Shown one piece after another: positions 20,701 through 30,955 of a stretch of DNA of 64,000 nucleotides. Position numbers and translations under genes: made by a program. The notes under the pieces are model-generated. The model was not told where the DNA came from, ran no database searches, and saw only the letters and a program-made list of their open reading frames with translations. Numbering within the stretch: position 1 is the stretch's first letter; each line of letters begins with the position of its first letter. This stretch comes from Nitrosarchaeum sp. (lineage in GTDB: Archaea; Thermoproteota; Nitrososphaeria; Nitrososphaerales; Nitrosopumilaceae): assembly GCA_965223865.1 (NCBI GenBank), contig OZ245020.1:1472001-1536000 (forward strand), written 5' to 3'.

Positions 20701-21558
20701 ATGACCAAGTTTTTTGGATATTTAATCATTGTAATTTTGTCAATGCTTCTAACTGTTCCATTATCATCTTCAATTTATGCGCAAGATTATGATATTCCCA
20801 ATATGGAGAATTTTGAAGTTCCTAGCCAAGAAGAAATTAAAGCAATGATGGAAACAAAGAGGGTTAGTGGAAAATACACCAATTTTATGCATCAAGTTGA
20901 AGTAACGTTTCCAGTAGGATGGAGCGGTATGGAGTCAAATCATAAAGATAGTGGAACTCAAACTTTGACAACCTCTGTTGCTGTAATGCATGGGGGAATT
21001 CAGGCAAACATGAACTCCATGCAAGAAAGAAAATTCAACATTATTGTTCTAAGCATAATGGACAAAATAGAAGGCGAACCGGCACCACCAGATTTTGAAC
21101 CACCAACTGAAGCTCAAGAGTATGAGTCAGGTTGTGCCATAGTAGAAACTGAAAAAATCAAAGTAAACAACATGCATTCGTATAAATCCACGATCAAATG
21201 TGAGGGGGATGGAATACCCATTAAAGCAAAGACACATCACTTCAATACTGAAGATAAATGGATAATACTTGCTTATGCAGCATCGCCTTCTTCAGAATTT
21301 GATAAAGATGCGTCAAAGTATGATTCTACTGTAAGTACAATAAAAATTGCCAATTCAATTGATATCGATTATGATTTTAAATTACCAGGAGAGGGCTATG
21401 CAGAATCTCCCACAACAAAAACTCCGATGGACAAAACTTCAGCAGTACCAGAATGGATTAAAAATAATGCATCCTGGTGGGCATCCGAACAAATTGATGA
21501 TAACGCATTCGTTCAAGGAATTCAATATCTTGTTAAAAATCACATAATTCAAGTTTAG
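20701..21558 (+). CDS. exported protein with thaumarchaeal PEWIKNNAxWW C-terminal module
   Basis: Signal peptide; PsbP-like core; VPEWIKNNASWWASEQIDDNAFVQGIQYLV. Confidence 0.8.
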   Translation: MTKFFGYLIIVILSMLLTVPLSSSIYAQDYDIPNMENFEVPSQEEIKAMMETKRVSGKYTNFMHQVEVTFPVGWSGMESNHKDSGTQTLTTSVAVMHGGIQANMNSMQERKFNIIVLSIMDKIEGEPAPPDFEPPTEAQEYESGCAIVETEKIKVNNMHSYKSTIKCEGDGIPIKAKTHHFNTEDKWIILAYAASPSSEFDKDASKYDSTVSTIKIANSIDIDYDFKLPGEGYAESPTTKTPMDKTSAVPEWIKNNASWWASEQIDDNAFVQGIQYLVKNHIIQV

Positions 21559-21990
21559 AGTTCTAAATAAGGTTTAGAAAAAAGAAAACATCACCATGAT
21601 TTTAGTAAAAACAAGAACAGTGTTTCTAACATCAAATCAACAGAAAAATTACATATAATTGATGAATTTTTTAGGTTCTTTCTTCTTGTATCAATATGAT
21701 GAATTAGTAAAGGGATTTCTAGCCTGACGGTGTATCAGATTTGTCACAACATATTAGGTAAATGTAAAACAGGTTTGTAACAAGATTATTTTTTAAGTAA
21801 AAGTGATCATCACAAAAAAGCTGATCTAAATCTCAAGGCAGTACAATTTTGAATGTTATGCAGAAATGCAAAAAATTCTATTGAATCTTTCTAGAGCAGT
21901 AAAATTCTAGTAGATTTTTCATAATTTCTCACATAGATTTTCAAAAATTAGGCATACATCTTTAAAAATAGGAAGAATAACTTTGAATTA

Positions 21991-23316
21991 TTGCAAGAAT
22001 TTGCTACGCCACACACAATGAGAAATGAGATTCTAAGTCTTATGGTGGAGAGTGGAATAGAAGAAGATTGCTTTGCTGAGATGCTAGATTACACAATAGA
22101 ATTATTTGAAACCCAGGGACTTGGAACTGATTACTATGGTTACCACAATATCAATCATGAACTAGAGGTCACATATGTTTCGCTCTTGGCTGCAAATTTG
22201 AATGATGATGGGTTGAGAAAATTCTCCAAAGAAGATTTAAAATATCTCTATACAGCTGCGTTGTTTCATGATTTTGATCCTCAAAAGAATGTAGATAAAC
22301 CACATGAAGAAAGCGTAATAAAATTTATTTCAATGGATAAAAAATTACGTGGACTTTTAGAAGAAGCAAAATTAGATTTAGAAATTATAAAAGTATTGAT
22401 TTTAAGAACAACATATCCATGGAGTGGACAACTAAAGGAAAATACTGAAAGACAGATAAAAGATTGTTTTAGGAATTCAGAATTGACAAGAAATAATGAG
22501 CAGTATCAAGAAGAAATAATGAGATTAGGATGGTTTCTATCAGTAGCAGACAGAATTAGTGGATATGCCTTGGGAGATTTTTCAAAGGCTATGGAAATAG
22601 CCAAGATGAATGCACATGCATTAGCATGGAGACCTTCATTAATTGTTAGAAGTTCCGTTGCGTATTTTGAAGAATTGCTCAATAGGGAAACAGATATGTC
22701 TAAAACAATTTTAAAAGCTCTGCCAAAACATATGAGAAAAAATTTTTTTGACACTGTGCTTTCATTTATGAATATACGACAGCAAGAAATTTCAATTCAG
22801 GCAAATTATGCATATGAAGATTTGAAGTTAATTCCAACGATAGAAAAAATGCCAACTAGAACAGACCCCCAATTTATCAAATCACTTTATTCTATATTTT
22901 TAGAATTACCAACTCCTCTGCAATTTAACAAGCAGCAATTTGAAGAATCAGTAAAAGATCCAAATGTAATTTTAAACACACTAAGAATTAATGATTGTAA
23001 AGGAGAAATAGTTGGATTTGCAAAAGGAGGCCCACTGGAAAGTTACCAGTTGAGACCAGAAATAAGAGATGAGAATTATGGTTTAAGCAACACAGTATTT
23101 CTTGAACCATTAGCTCTAAAAATGGGATACTGGGGGTTAAGGGGAGGAAGTGAGATGAGACACTTGTTTATCATGCAGGCACATTCCAAAAAATACAGGC
23201 ATCTGACAAGCTTTGCCTTAAGAGATGTTATTCGAGCCAGAGTCACTAAAGAAAATGCCGAGTTTGTAACCCTATTTGATCCTGAACGCTGGGATTACTA
23301 TAGAATTAAAATTTAA
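21991..23316 (+). CDS. HD-domain protein with C-terminal GNAT-like domain
   Basis: YHNINH, AALFHDFD, VAD; C-terminal IVGFAKGG..FLEPLALKMGYWGLRGG. Confidence 0.8.
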   Translation: MQEFATPHTMRNEILSLMVESGIEEDCFAEMLDYTIELFETQGLGTDYYGYHNINHELEVTYVSLLAANLNDDGLRKFSKEDLKYLYTAALFHDFDPQKNVDKPHEESVIKFISMDKKLRGLLEEAKLDLEIIKVLILRTTYPWSGQLKENTERQIKDCFRNSELTRNNEQYQEEIMRLGWFLSVADRISGYALGDFSKAMEIAKMNAHALAWRPSLIVRSSVAYFEELLNRETDMSKTILKALPKHMRKNFFDTVLSFMNIRQQEISIQANYAYEDLKLIPTIEKMPTRTDPQFIKSLYSIFLELPTPLQFNKQQFEESVKDPNVILNTLRINDCKGEIVGFAKGGPLESYQLRPEIRDENYGLSNTVFLEPLALKMGYWGLRGGSEMRHLFIMQAHSKKYRHLTSFALRDVIRARVTKENAEFVTLFDPERWDYYRIKI

Positions 23317-23322
23317 TCATAA

Positions 23323-24786
23323 ATGAAAATTTCACAAATTAGAAAATCTTTAAAAAAAATTATCTCAGGGACAGTTCTTTGGGAAAAAGAGATTCTGAAC
23401 TATTATTCAGTAGATGCAAGTTCGTATCAAATTTTTCCTAAAGTTGTTGTTATTCCAAAAGATGAGCAAGATGTAATATCCCTAATTAAATTTGCAAAAA
23501 AAATTAGGATGTCAGTAACTGTACGAGGAGGAGGAACCGGCTTAGTTGGGAGTGCACTAAATAATGGAATAATTTTAGACCTCCGAAATTTAAATTCTAT
23601 CAAGATAAGAAAAGATTCAGCTGATGTGGAAGCAGGAGTTTTCAAAGGAATGCTCGATGTAAAATTAAAAGAAAAGGGTAAATTTTTCCCCCCAAACCCA
23701 TCTGTTGGAGCTTATTGTTCTATTGGAGGCATGTTAGGAAACAATGCCAGTGGAAGTAGAACCATAAAATACGGTAGTGTCATAGACAATGTAGAAGAAA
23801 TTACTTTTGTGAATGGAAATGGAGAAAAGATAACATTACCTGAAAACAAGAGAATAAGCGGCAAAATTGTTGCATTATCAAAAAATATTATATTTGAGAA
23901 ATTTCCCTCTGTTACAAAAAATTCATCTGGTTATAGATTAGACATTACAAAATCAAATTACGAGTCACATAAAGTTATAATCGGTTCTGAAGGCACTTTA
24001 GGAATAATACTCTCAGCTAAACTAAAAATAATAAAAATACCGAAAAAACGGGTTTTATTTATCACCGAATATCAATCATTAAAAGAGGCTGCAAAGAATT
24101 GCAAAGAGATTTTATCGACAAGTCCTTCTGCTGTGGAAATAGTAGATAAACCAACTCTAAAACAATTTCCAAAAAAATTCAGTAAAAAAACAAAATGTCT
24201 AATTTTTGTAGAATACGATTCAGACATTAAAATTAAAAAAGAAAATTTCAAAAAAATAATCACAGGCAAAATCAAAACTCAATTATCAAAAGAATCTGAG
24301 ATTAATCAATGGTGGAGATATAGAGATTCATCATTGTATTACAGTTTAAAATCAATTAAAATGAAAAAAAGAATACCACATATAATAGAAGATGCTGCAG
24401 TATCAGTTGAAAAACTAGATCAATTATTTTCACTAATTAAGAAATTAAATCAGAAATTTGGAACAAAATCTATCATGTATGGACATGCTGGAAACGCCAA
24501 CATTCATGTCAGGTTAATTTCAGATAGAAAAAAAACCAAAGAAATCAAAGAAATGGCAAAATACTATTTTGACAATGTTATACTGATGGGCGGAACTATA
24601 ACAGGAGAACATGGAGATGGTTTGGCCCGATCCGAATTTGTAAAGGTTCAGTACGGTCAAAAAAATTACCAAATTTTTAAGGAATTAAAGAGATTTTTCG
24701 ATCCACAGAATGTGTTAAATCCAGGTAAAATCATTAGTAATAAAAGCACAATTATTGGGAATTTAGAAAATTTTGATAAAGTTTGA
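23323..24786 (+). CDS. FAD-linked oxidoreductase (GlcD/D-lactate dehydrogenase-like)
   Basis: RGGGTGLVG, SIGGMLGNNASG, GSEGTLGII, GHAGNANIH, GEHGDG, LNPGK. Confidence 0.9.
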   Translation: MKISQIRKSLKKIISGTVLWEKEILNYYSVDASSYQIFPKVVVIPKDEQDVISLIKFAKKIRMSVTVRGGGTGLVGSALNNGIILDLRNLNSIKIRKDSADVEAGVFKGMLDVKLKEKGKFFPPNPSVGAYCSIGGMLGNNASGSRTIKYGSVIDNVEEITFVNGNGEKITLPENKRISGKIVALSKNIIFEKFPSVTKNSSGYRLDITKSNYESHKVIIGSEGTLGIILSAKLKIIKIPKKRVLFITEYQSLKEAAKNCKEILSTSPSAVEIVDKPTLKQFPKKFSKKTKCLIFVEYDSDIKIKKENFKKIITGKIKTQLSKESEINQWWRYRDSSLYYSLKSIKMKKRIPHIIEDAAVSVEKLDQLFSLIKKLNQKFGTKSIMYGHAGNANIHVRLISDRKKTKEIKEMAKYYFDNVILMGGTITGEHGDGLARSEFVKVQYGQKNYQIFKELKRFFDPQNVLNPGKIISNKSTIIGNLENFDKV

Positions 24787-24852
24787 CAAAAATGAAATTA
24801 ATTATGACGTAGAAACGCTTTATTAACAAAAAATTTTCCAAAAATCACGTAA

Positions 24853-25290
24853 ATGAAATTAACGGCAATCCCGATTAGTGTTTTAATTATCATGAGTCTA
24901 ATTGCAAACCCAATTTTTGGGTTATCTTCATTAGAAAAAGTTTCACTTAGCGAAACCGGACTAGTAAATAGAAGTGGAATACCGATAGGATCAAACGTGA
25001 ACATAAACCAACAAGCACTTGTTTCCTCAAAGATAACCAACATGCAAGATACTTCGCAAGATTTTATCTACATTGTACAAATAAAAAATGAAGATGATAT
25101 AGTGATAAAGATAGGTTGGATTACTGGAAATCTCACAAAACAACAAAAGTTTGTTCCTGCAGTTTCATGGGTTCCAACAACTCAAGGAACATTTACGGTG
25201 GAAATTTATGTTTGGGATGGTTTGGATCAAAAAAGACACAATTATGAGGCGCTAACTGACGTAGTTAAGTTTACAGTAATTTCTAGTTAG
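24853..25290 (+). CDS. exported Ig-like hypothetical protein
   Basis: Signal peptide; FIYIVQI and SWVP...G.FTVEIYVW. Confidence 0.8.
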   Translation: MKLTAIPISVLIIMSLIANPIFGLSSLEKVSLSETGLVNRSGIPIGSNVNINQQALVSSKITNMQDTSQDFIYIVQIKNEDDIVIKIGWITGNLTKQQKFVPAVSWVPTTQGTFTVEIYVWDGLDQKRHNYEALTDVVKFTVISS

Positions 25291-25300
25291 ACACAAAACA

Positions 25301-26339
25301 TCATTTAAGAATAGCATTTGATAATTTTTGGGATAAATACACTCCAAAAATTCCACAAAAGATTGCAGGTATAATAGTTATCAAAAAAACAGTTTCCAAT
25401 ATTTCAAAATAAACAAAATAAATCATACTTGGAGAAACAAGTTTTCCAAGCAAAATTTCATTGAATGTATACATCACATACGGATAGTATATCATATAAA
25501 ATACCGAGCCGAGCAATCCTCCTACTATTAATAATAACTTTGGTTTTTTGAAAGAGATCAGAATATCAGAGACTACAAATGGAATTAAATTCAAAGAATA
25601 AAAAATAATTGAATCTAACAGTGCAAAATTAGGTCCAATAGCAGTTAAACCATAAATTAAAAGAAACAATCCACCTACAATGGAAACCATTCCAAATCTA
25701 AAACCAGATAATCTAGATGTCAATAATGCAGAAAAAGAAATTAAAAAAGGATATGCAGAAGTTGCCACAATAAATCCAAATGTAGGATCTGGATTAAATT
25801 CAAAATAATCTGTATTTGAAAAAGGAAGTGAAAGGGATGAAATGATGCCTGATCCTGTCAACCATATTGGCAAAATTCCTAAAACCAATAGATAAAACGA
25901 TGGAAATTTCATAGAATAATTTGAATTTAAATATTTAGTGATGCCCAACATTCCTCCAATACTACACAAAAGCATTCCAAAAATTAACGTAAGATGAGGA
26001 GGGCTTAACAAACCATCTAGACCAAAATTAGAATGCCAAACAAAATCAAAAGGGCCGGCACCAGCAAGAAGGATAATTCCAATAAATTTTATTTTTAATG
26101 ATTTTGTATAACCAAATTTTTTTTAGGTAATTTTCTCCAGGAAACAAAAGATTGTATAAATCCAAATATGGATATGACAACACCACTGTACATCAATGCA
26201 GTGGAGGAGAAAAAAAAGATTCAGGTTTATTCAAAAGATGATTTGTTATATCCCAGCTTCCTCCCACTGTCACCAATAAAATTCCAAAACTTACAAAGAT
26301 ACTTCCAAAGACAAAAAAGTTTTCTGGAGATAATTTCAT
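25301..26339 (-). pseudogene. polytopic membrane protein with two D-x3-H...SPPH motifs, broken by two frameshifts
   Basis: ATG 26339 MKLSPENF...GGSWDITNHLLNKPESFFSPP; 1-nt loss near 26200; A8 run near 26117-26124; then GPFDFVWHSNFGLDGLLSPPH joins ORF 25301..26011. Confidence 0.8.
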
Positions 26340-26390
26340 AAAATAAAGTTTTTCAGTAGTCATTTGATTTGTTAAATAAATTATAAAATA

Positions 26391-26984
26391 TTAGGGATTT
26401 ACATTTACCGTATAAACTAAAACGTGTTCATTCTGATGATCAAGTGTACCTGAATGTGGAAAGTGAGACAAGTTGCTTGTGTGTGGAATATCAATAGATT
26501 TTACATATATTAAAAATGGTCCGGTATCAGTAGGAGTTATTACCAAATCCAAATGGTATTTTTGCCCTGAAGGTATGGGTCGACTCATAGCTTCGATAGA
26601 TGGGTATTTTGCTGTTACTGTTTCTAAACCTCCACTATAATTTGAGCCAATCTCATCTCCAGGAATGAGTAATTTAGGAGAGTGGGTAAAATCATAACTC
26701 GCAATATTGACAATATTTTCAGTATTTTCTAATGTTGGAAACGCAGTTGAAACAATGTGAATGTCCCCATAATCATCTTGATTTTCTGAGGAAATATTCA
26801 TTCTAAATGATTCACCTAAAAATATTTCAGAATCTGACAATTCAACTTCTAAAAAAGGAGACGGATTAAATTGTTCTTTTGAAAGATATTGTTCCGGAAA
26901 AACAAAAAGAGTGATTGAAAAATAAGTTATCAGCAGTGCTGAAACAATTGAAATTAAAATAATTTTTTTCATAAAAGTTTTCAA
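26391..26984 (-). CDS. membrane-anchored hypothetical protein
   Basis: N-terminal TM, beta-sandwich-like remainder. Confidence 0.8.
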   Translation of the reverse strand: MKTFMKKIILISIVSALLITYFSITLFVFPEQYLSKEQFNPSPFLEVELSDSEIFLGESFRMNISSENQDDYGDIHIVSTAFPTLENTENIVNIASYDFTHSPKLLIPGDEIGSNYSGGLETVTAKYPSIEAMSRPIPSGQKYHLDLVITPTDTGPFLIYVKSIDIPHTSNLSHFPHSGTLDHQNEHVLVYTVNVNP

Positions 26985-27187
26985 TGAATTACCAGTTAAA
27001 AAGGACAGAAAAATAAGATTATGAAATTATTGCTTATTTTTTTACAAGATTCTCACTAGAGGTATTTTGGATAAATTTTTACAACAAAGAAGTAAAAATA
27101 AACAAAATTGCGTTCAACCTAGAAAGATCTAATTGTTTAAAAAGTTTAACAAGTTCTCGCTAATAGAACCTTAGGCGTAATGAAATT

Positions 27188-27331
27188 ATGACAATAGGAT
27201 ATTGTGTTAAGTGCCGAGATAAAAGAGACATCAAAGGCGCAAAACCATACACCATGAAAAATGGAAAACCTGCAATAAAAGGCACCTGCCCAACTTGCAA
27301 GACAGCCATTTTTAGAATCGGCAGGGGCTAG
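27188..27331 (+). CDS. DUF5679-like small basic Zn-binding protein (Cren7-like pattern)
   Basis: Manual translation MTIGYCVKCRDKRDIKGAKPYTMKNGKPAIKGTCPTCKTAIFRIGRG. Confidence 0.85.
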   Translation: MTIGYCVKCRDKRDIKGAKPYTMKNGKPAIKGTCPTCKTAIFRIGRG

Positions 27332-27338
27332 AAAAAAT

Positions 27339-27590
27339 TTAGTACTGCCATTCATCTGTAATGCCATTCCACAACAAACGCAATGCAGATGGATCTTTTT
27401 CTATTTCTTGAGATATTCTATTTTGTAATGCAAAAAAGAAATTTTCTAAAGCATCAATGCCACCATCAAGGTAAATTTCTTTTCCAATTTCTGTAATCCG
27501 TTTTTGTTTTTCAGATATTTCAGAAGAATTAGGATTTCCTAAACAAAAGGTCATCAAATCCATTAATTCTTCTTCAAGCATGAAGTCCAT
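27339..27590 (-). CDS. hypothetical protein
   Basis: Helical ORF ending LWNGITDEWQY. Confidence 0.8.
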   Translation of the reverse strand: MDFMLEEELMDLMTFCLGNPNSSEISEKQKRITEIGKEIYLDGGIDALENFFFALQNRISQEIEKDPSALRLLWNGITDEWQY

Positions 27591-27756
27591 TGATAAAATA
27601 TGGACTTTTTATACCTTATAACTCATTTTGGCCTAGAGTTAATTCTTTATCAGAAAAACCACCAAGTAAAACAATGTAAATGATGATTGTAAAATAGGCA
27701 TACATTAAACCGATCTTTAAACAACAGTAATATCATAATAAAATTAGCATAAATCA

Positions 27757-28023
27757 TTGAATGAAGTCACCAAAATCAAAATGAAAACATTGGAGGCAAA
27801 TATAGCAAAGTTATTAGAAACAATTAAGGAAGATATTGATCCGATTAATGCAATAAAAATTTACGAAAATTTGATAACTACAATCAAAACAGAAATTGAA
27901 AAAAATAAGCACCCTACAAAAACATGCAGTTCTTGTGGAGACTCTTTGAAAGATTGGGAAAAGAACATTTGTGGCCCCTGCAAAATAAAAGATGACAAAT
28001 ATCCCGAAGAGATGGAAGACTAG
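27757..28023 (+). CDS. hypothetical protein with C-terminal Zn finger
   Basis: CSSCG...ICGPC. Confidence 0.75.
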   Translation: MNEVTKIKMKTLEANIAKLLETIKEDIDPINAIKIYENLITTIKTEIEKNKHPTKTCSSCGDSLKDWEKNICGPCKIKDDKYPEEMED

Positions 28024-28060
28024 AAATATAGTTTATCAATTCTGTAATATTGGGCCAATC

Positions 28061-28210
28061 ATGAAAATTGAAGAAAAAGAAGAGATAATTCAAGAATTTA
28101 AAGAAATGATAGTGCACATGGATGTAAACACTCCAGATGAAATTAACGATAAGATTGCAGATATTACTAAAAGGGTCAGAAGATTATACATTACTGGTAG
28201 AGATGAATGA
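28061..28210 (+). CDS. 49-aa helical microprotein
   Basis: MKIEEKEEIIQEFKEMIVHMDVNTPDEINDKIADITKRVRRL; paralogous to 28271..28411. Confidence 0.65.
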   Translation: MKIEEKEEIIQEFKEMIVHMDVNTPDEINDKIADITKRVRRLYITGRDE

Positions 28211-28270
28211 TTTAAATTTACATTTGATGAATAAATAACTGATTTATTAAATTTCGTAAGCTCGATATTT

Positions 28271-28411
28271 CTAGACTGTATGAATCAGAGGTCTAATTTT
28301 ATGAACTATATTTTGTAAATTAGATTCAATCTCATCAGATGGACTTTTGTCAAGCTGGTTAAGTATGCATATGAAATCATTCAATATCTCATATTTTGTA
28401 GACTTTTTCAT
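28271..28411 (-). CDS. 46-aa helical microprotein
   Basis: MKKSTKYEILNDFICILNQLDKSPSDEIESNLQNIVHKIRPL; ungapped match to 28061..28210. Confidence 0.6.
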   Translation of the reverse strand: MKKSTKYEILNDFICILNQLDKSPSDEIESNLQNIVHKIRPLIHTV

Positions 28412-28586
28412 GAAATTCAGGTTGTTAGCATTGCCTAAAAAGTTCATTATTAAATTATTCTTGTTCTGTTCAAAGCTTAATTTTGAAAACAACAATACAA
28501 TCAAAAATCAGGCTCATGAGAGACATTTCACTAAAAACCGAGCATTTCTAACCTTAATGTAGAGTAACATAATAATTTTTTTTATC

Positions 28587-28844
28587 TTGGAAAGAAAACA
28601 CACAAGAAGTTGGGCATGGTTTCTACTTCCTGTATTTGTTCATATTGTAGGGGGAGTAATTGCATATTATGCACTAAAACCTGACGAACCCAGAATGGCA
28701 AAAGATTGCCTTTACATCGGAATTGTTCTTTCAGGAATTAACATTGGAGGATTTTTACTATTGTTATCAATGGGATTACTAATTGGAGAACATTCCATGA
28801 TATCTGAATTTGAGAAAGATTACAGATGGGATTTTGAAATTTAA
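28587..28844 (+). CDS. small two-TM membrane protein
   Basis: RSWAWFLLP...GGVIAYYAL..DEP.MAK.CLY.GI pattern. Confidence 0.8.
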   Translation: MERKHTRSWAWFLLPVFVHIVGGVIAYYALKPDEPRMAKDCLYIGIVLSGINIGGFLLLLSMGLLIGEHSMISEFEKDYRWDFEI

Positions 28845-28985
28845 ATTTCTAAAAACTATTGATGGTAAATAAAGAATAATTTTAAAGAACAAAATATTAC
28901 TCGTTAAAATTTGGATGAATACAAAAATAAATCGTGTTTAGCATTTCATTTTTTATCTACAGAAAAAGATTTGAAGAAAATAAAA

Positions 28986-30074
28986 TTAGAACTGATTTCT
29001 CGATTTAAAATATGTGTTTATTTTAAATCCAATTAAGGCTGGAGCTGCAATGTACATTCCCAAATTCAAGGCAATAACTGAAATTCCCAATCCTAATACT
29101 TCGGCTTCTGAACCTTCTTCAGCCAATGTCATAATAGAGAGAGAAGATATCATTGGAGTGATAAAGGCTCTAACTGCTTCTTGGAAGATAGGATTTTCTC
29201 TTTCCATGTCAGCAATTGTTGGTGAGAATGAATAATACAATTGGTTAAAGCCAGTCATAAATGAGGTTCCTGATGCAGTACTCATTACAGTATTGTCTCT
29301 AATTTCTCTAAGGAATTGTACTTGTGGAGCCAATTCTGTACCATAAGCTGCAGTTGCAATAAGACATCCTCCTCCTTTTTCATTAATCTCTTGTATGCCT
29401 TCTGACCCTTTCTCAACTATTGTCTCACCTGTTTCTGCACCCTTACTGACTACGACTTCTCCTATTACTGCACCTTTTTCAACAGCCTCAGATCCTTTCT
29501 CTATAATTACATCACCTGCTTTTTCTCCAGTTTCTACAATGACTTGGCCAGCTTTTGTACCCGTTTCTATCACAACTTCGCCTGCCTGAGTTCCAGATTC
29601 CACTATTACCTCACCTGTTTTTTCTCCAGCAATAACTATTGCCTCTCCTGCATCAGATACTTTTTCTTCTAGCGGATCAGGGTTTATGAAAAAATTTAAT
29701 TTTGTGGTTTTGTCGTCATAAATTGCTTCAACAACATAGGTAATTCCTTTTGCAATATTTGTTTTAGATGTATCTATACGAAAATCAAAAGTCCATGCTG
29801 TATTTTCAAAATATTCAACAGTAGATAAACTGGGGGTAAGACTTGCCTCCCAAAGTACATCTCCGGTTGTCTGTTCAGATAATGTTACATATACAAATTC
29901 TTCTTCTATAAGATCAGCCCCGTAAAGATATCCTTCATAATTAATTACATCACCATACTCTATGTTTCTATTATCAGAATTCAAAGCCAATTTACCTTCC
30001 CAGGCAAAAGATGAGGGAATAAAAGTAATAGATGCGATTAAGACTAGTGATAGAACTAACAAAATCTTATACAC
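28986..30074 (-). CDS. CFI-box-CTERM surface protein with 11-residue repeats
   Basis: Signal peptide; GE(V/A)(I/V)VE(T/K)G repeats; GGGCLIATAAYGTELAPQVQ. Confidence 0.9.
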   Translation of the reverse strand: MYKILLVLSLVLIASITFIPSSFAWEGKLALNSDNRNIEYGDVINYEGYLYGADLIEEEFVYVTLSEQTTGDVLWEASLTPSLSTVEYFENTAWTFDFRIDTSKTNIAKGITYVVEAIYDDKTTKLNFFINPDPLEEKVSDAGEAIVIAGEKTGEVIVESGTQAGEVVIETGTKAGQVIVETGEKAGDVIIEKGSEAVEKGAVIGEVVVSKGAETGETIVEKGSEGIQEINEKGGGCLIATAAYGTELAPQVQFLREIRDNTVMSTASGTSFMTGFNQLYYSFSPTIADMERENPIFQEAVRAFITPMISSLSIMTLAEEGSEAEVLGLGISVIALNLGMYIAAPALIGFKINTYFKSRNQF

Positions 30075-30283
30075 ATCGTATTTTGTTAAAGTAAATTACT
30101 TATTTGTTACTAGGTATGTGTATTGTAAAACCAATCACATAATGATCTCTTTAAAAGAAATACATTAAAAAATGTTAAAAAACCTTAGTTTTTCACATGC
30201 TATTAATGAGACACTTAGAAAAGGCTTCAAATAAAAACCAAAATTTCAGTTGAAAAATATATACGAATTATTAAAGATAGTTT

Positions 30284-30907
30284 ATGGTTCGCTATTTGCT
30301 ACCTAGATTAGCCTACAACTATGATGAGCTAGAACCATTTATTGACAAGCAAACCATGGAAATACATCATCAAAAACACCATCAAGCATATGTTGATGGA
30401 TTAAATAAAACTCTTGAACAGATAGGAGGCGAATCACATCCACAATACATCTCGTCTATCCTTTCAGATCTAGGAAATATTCCAAAATCTGCAAGAAGTG
30501 CAGTAAATTTTTTTGGAGGAGGTTTTGAAAACCACAAACTATTCTGGGAGACAATGTCACCTAGAAGCGACCAAAGTCCTCAAGGAAAGCTTGCTGATGC
30601 TATTGATGTTTATTTTAATAGTTTTGATTCTTTCAAAGAGATATTTACAAAAAAATCCTTGTCAATACAAGGGAGTGGCTGGTGTTGGCTAGTCTTTAAT
30701 CAAACTTTTAACAGAATTGAAATTATCACTACCCCAAATCAAGATAGTCCATGGACATTAAGAAAAATCCCACTTTTAGGTTTGGATGTATGGGAGCATG
30801 CATATTATCTAAAATATCAAAACAATAGAGCAGAATATATCAAAAATTGGTGGAATGTCATAAATTGGGAGTTTATTCAAAATCGTTTTTCAGAGTTGGT
30901 TGAATAA
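30284..30907 (+). CDS. sod: Fe/Mn superoxide dismutase
   Basis: MEIHHQKHHQAY, NH.LFW, GSGWCW, DVWEHAYY. Confidence 0.95.
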   Translation: MVRYLLPRLAYNYDELEPFIDKQTMEIHHQKHHQAYVDGLNKTLEQIGGESHPQYISSILSDLGNIPKSARSAVNFFGGGFENHKLFWETMSPRSDQSPQGKLADAIDVYFNSFDSFKEIFTKKSLSIQGSGWCWLVFNQTFNRIEIITTPNQDSPWTLRKIPLLGLDVWEHAYYLKYQNNRAEYIKNWWNVINWEFIQNRFSELVE

Positions 30908-30955
30908 TCACAATTTGGACAAATTCTTTTAAATAAAATTGAGTTTTTTTTCTCA

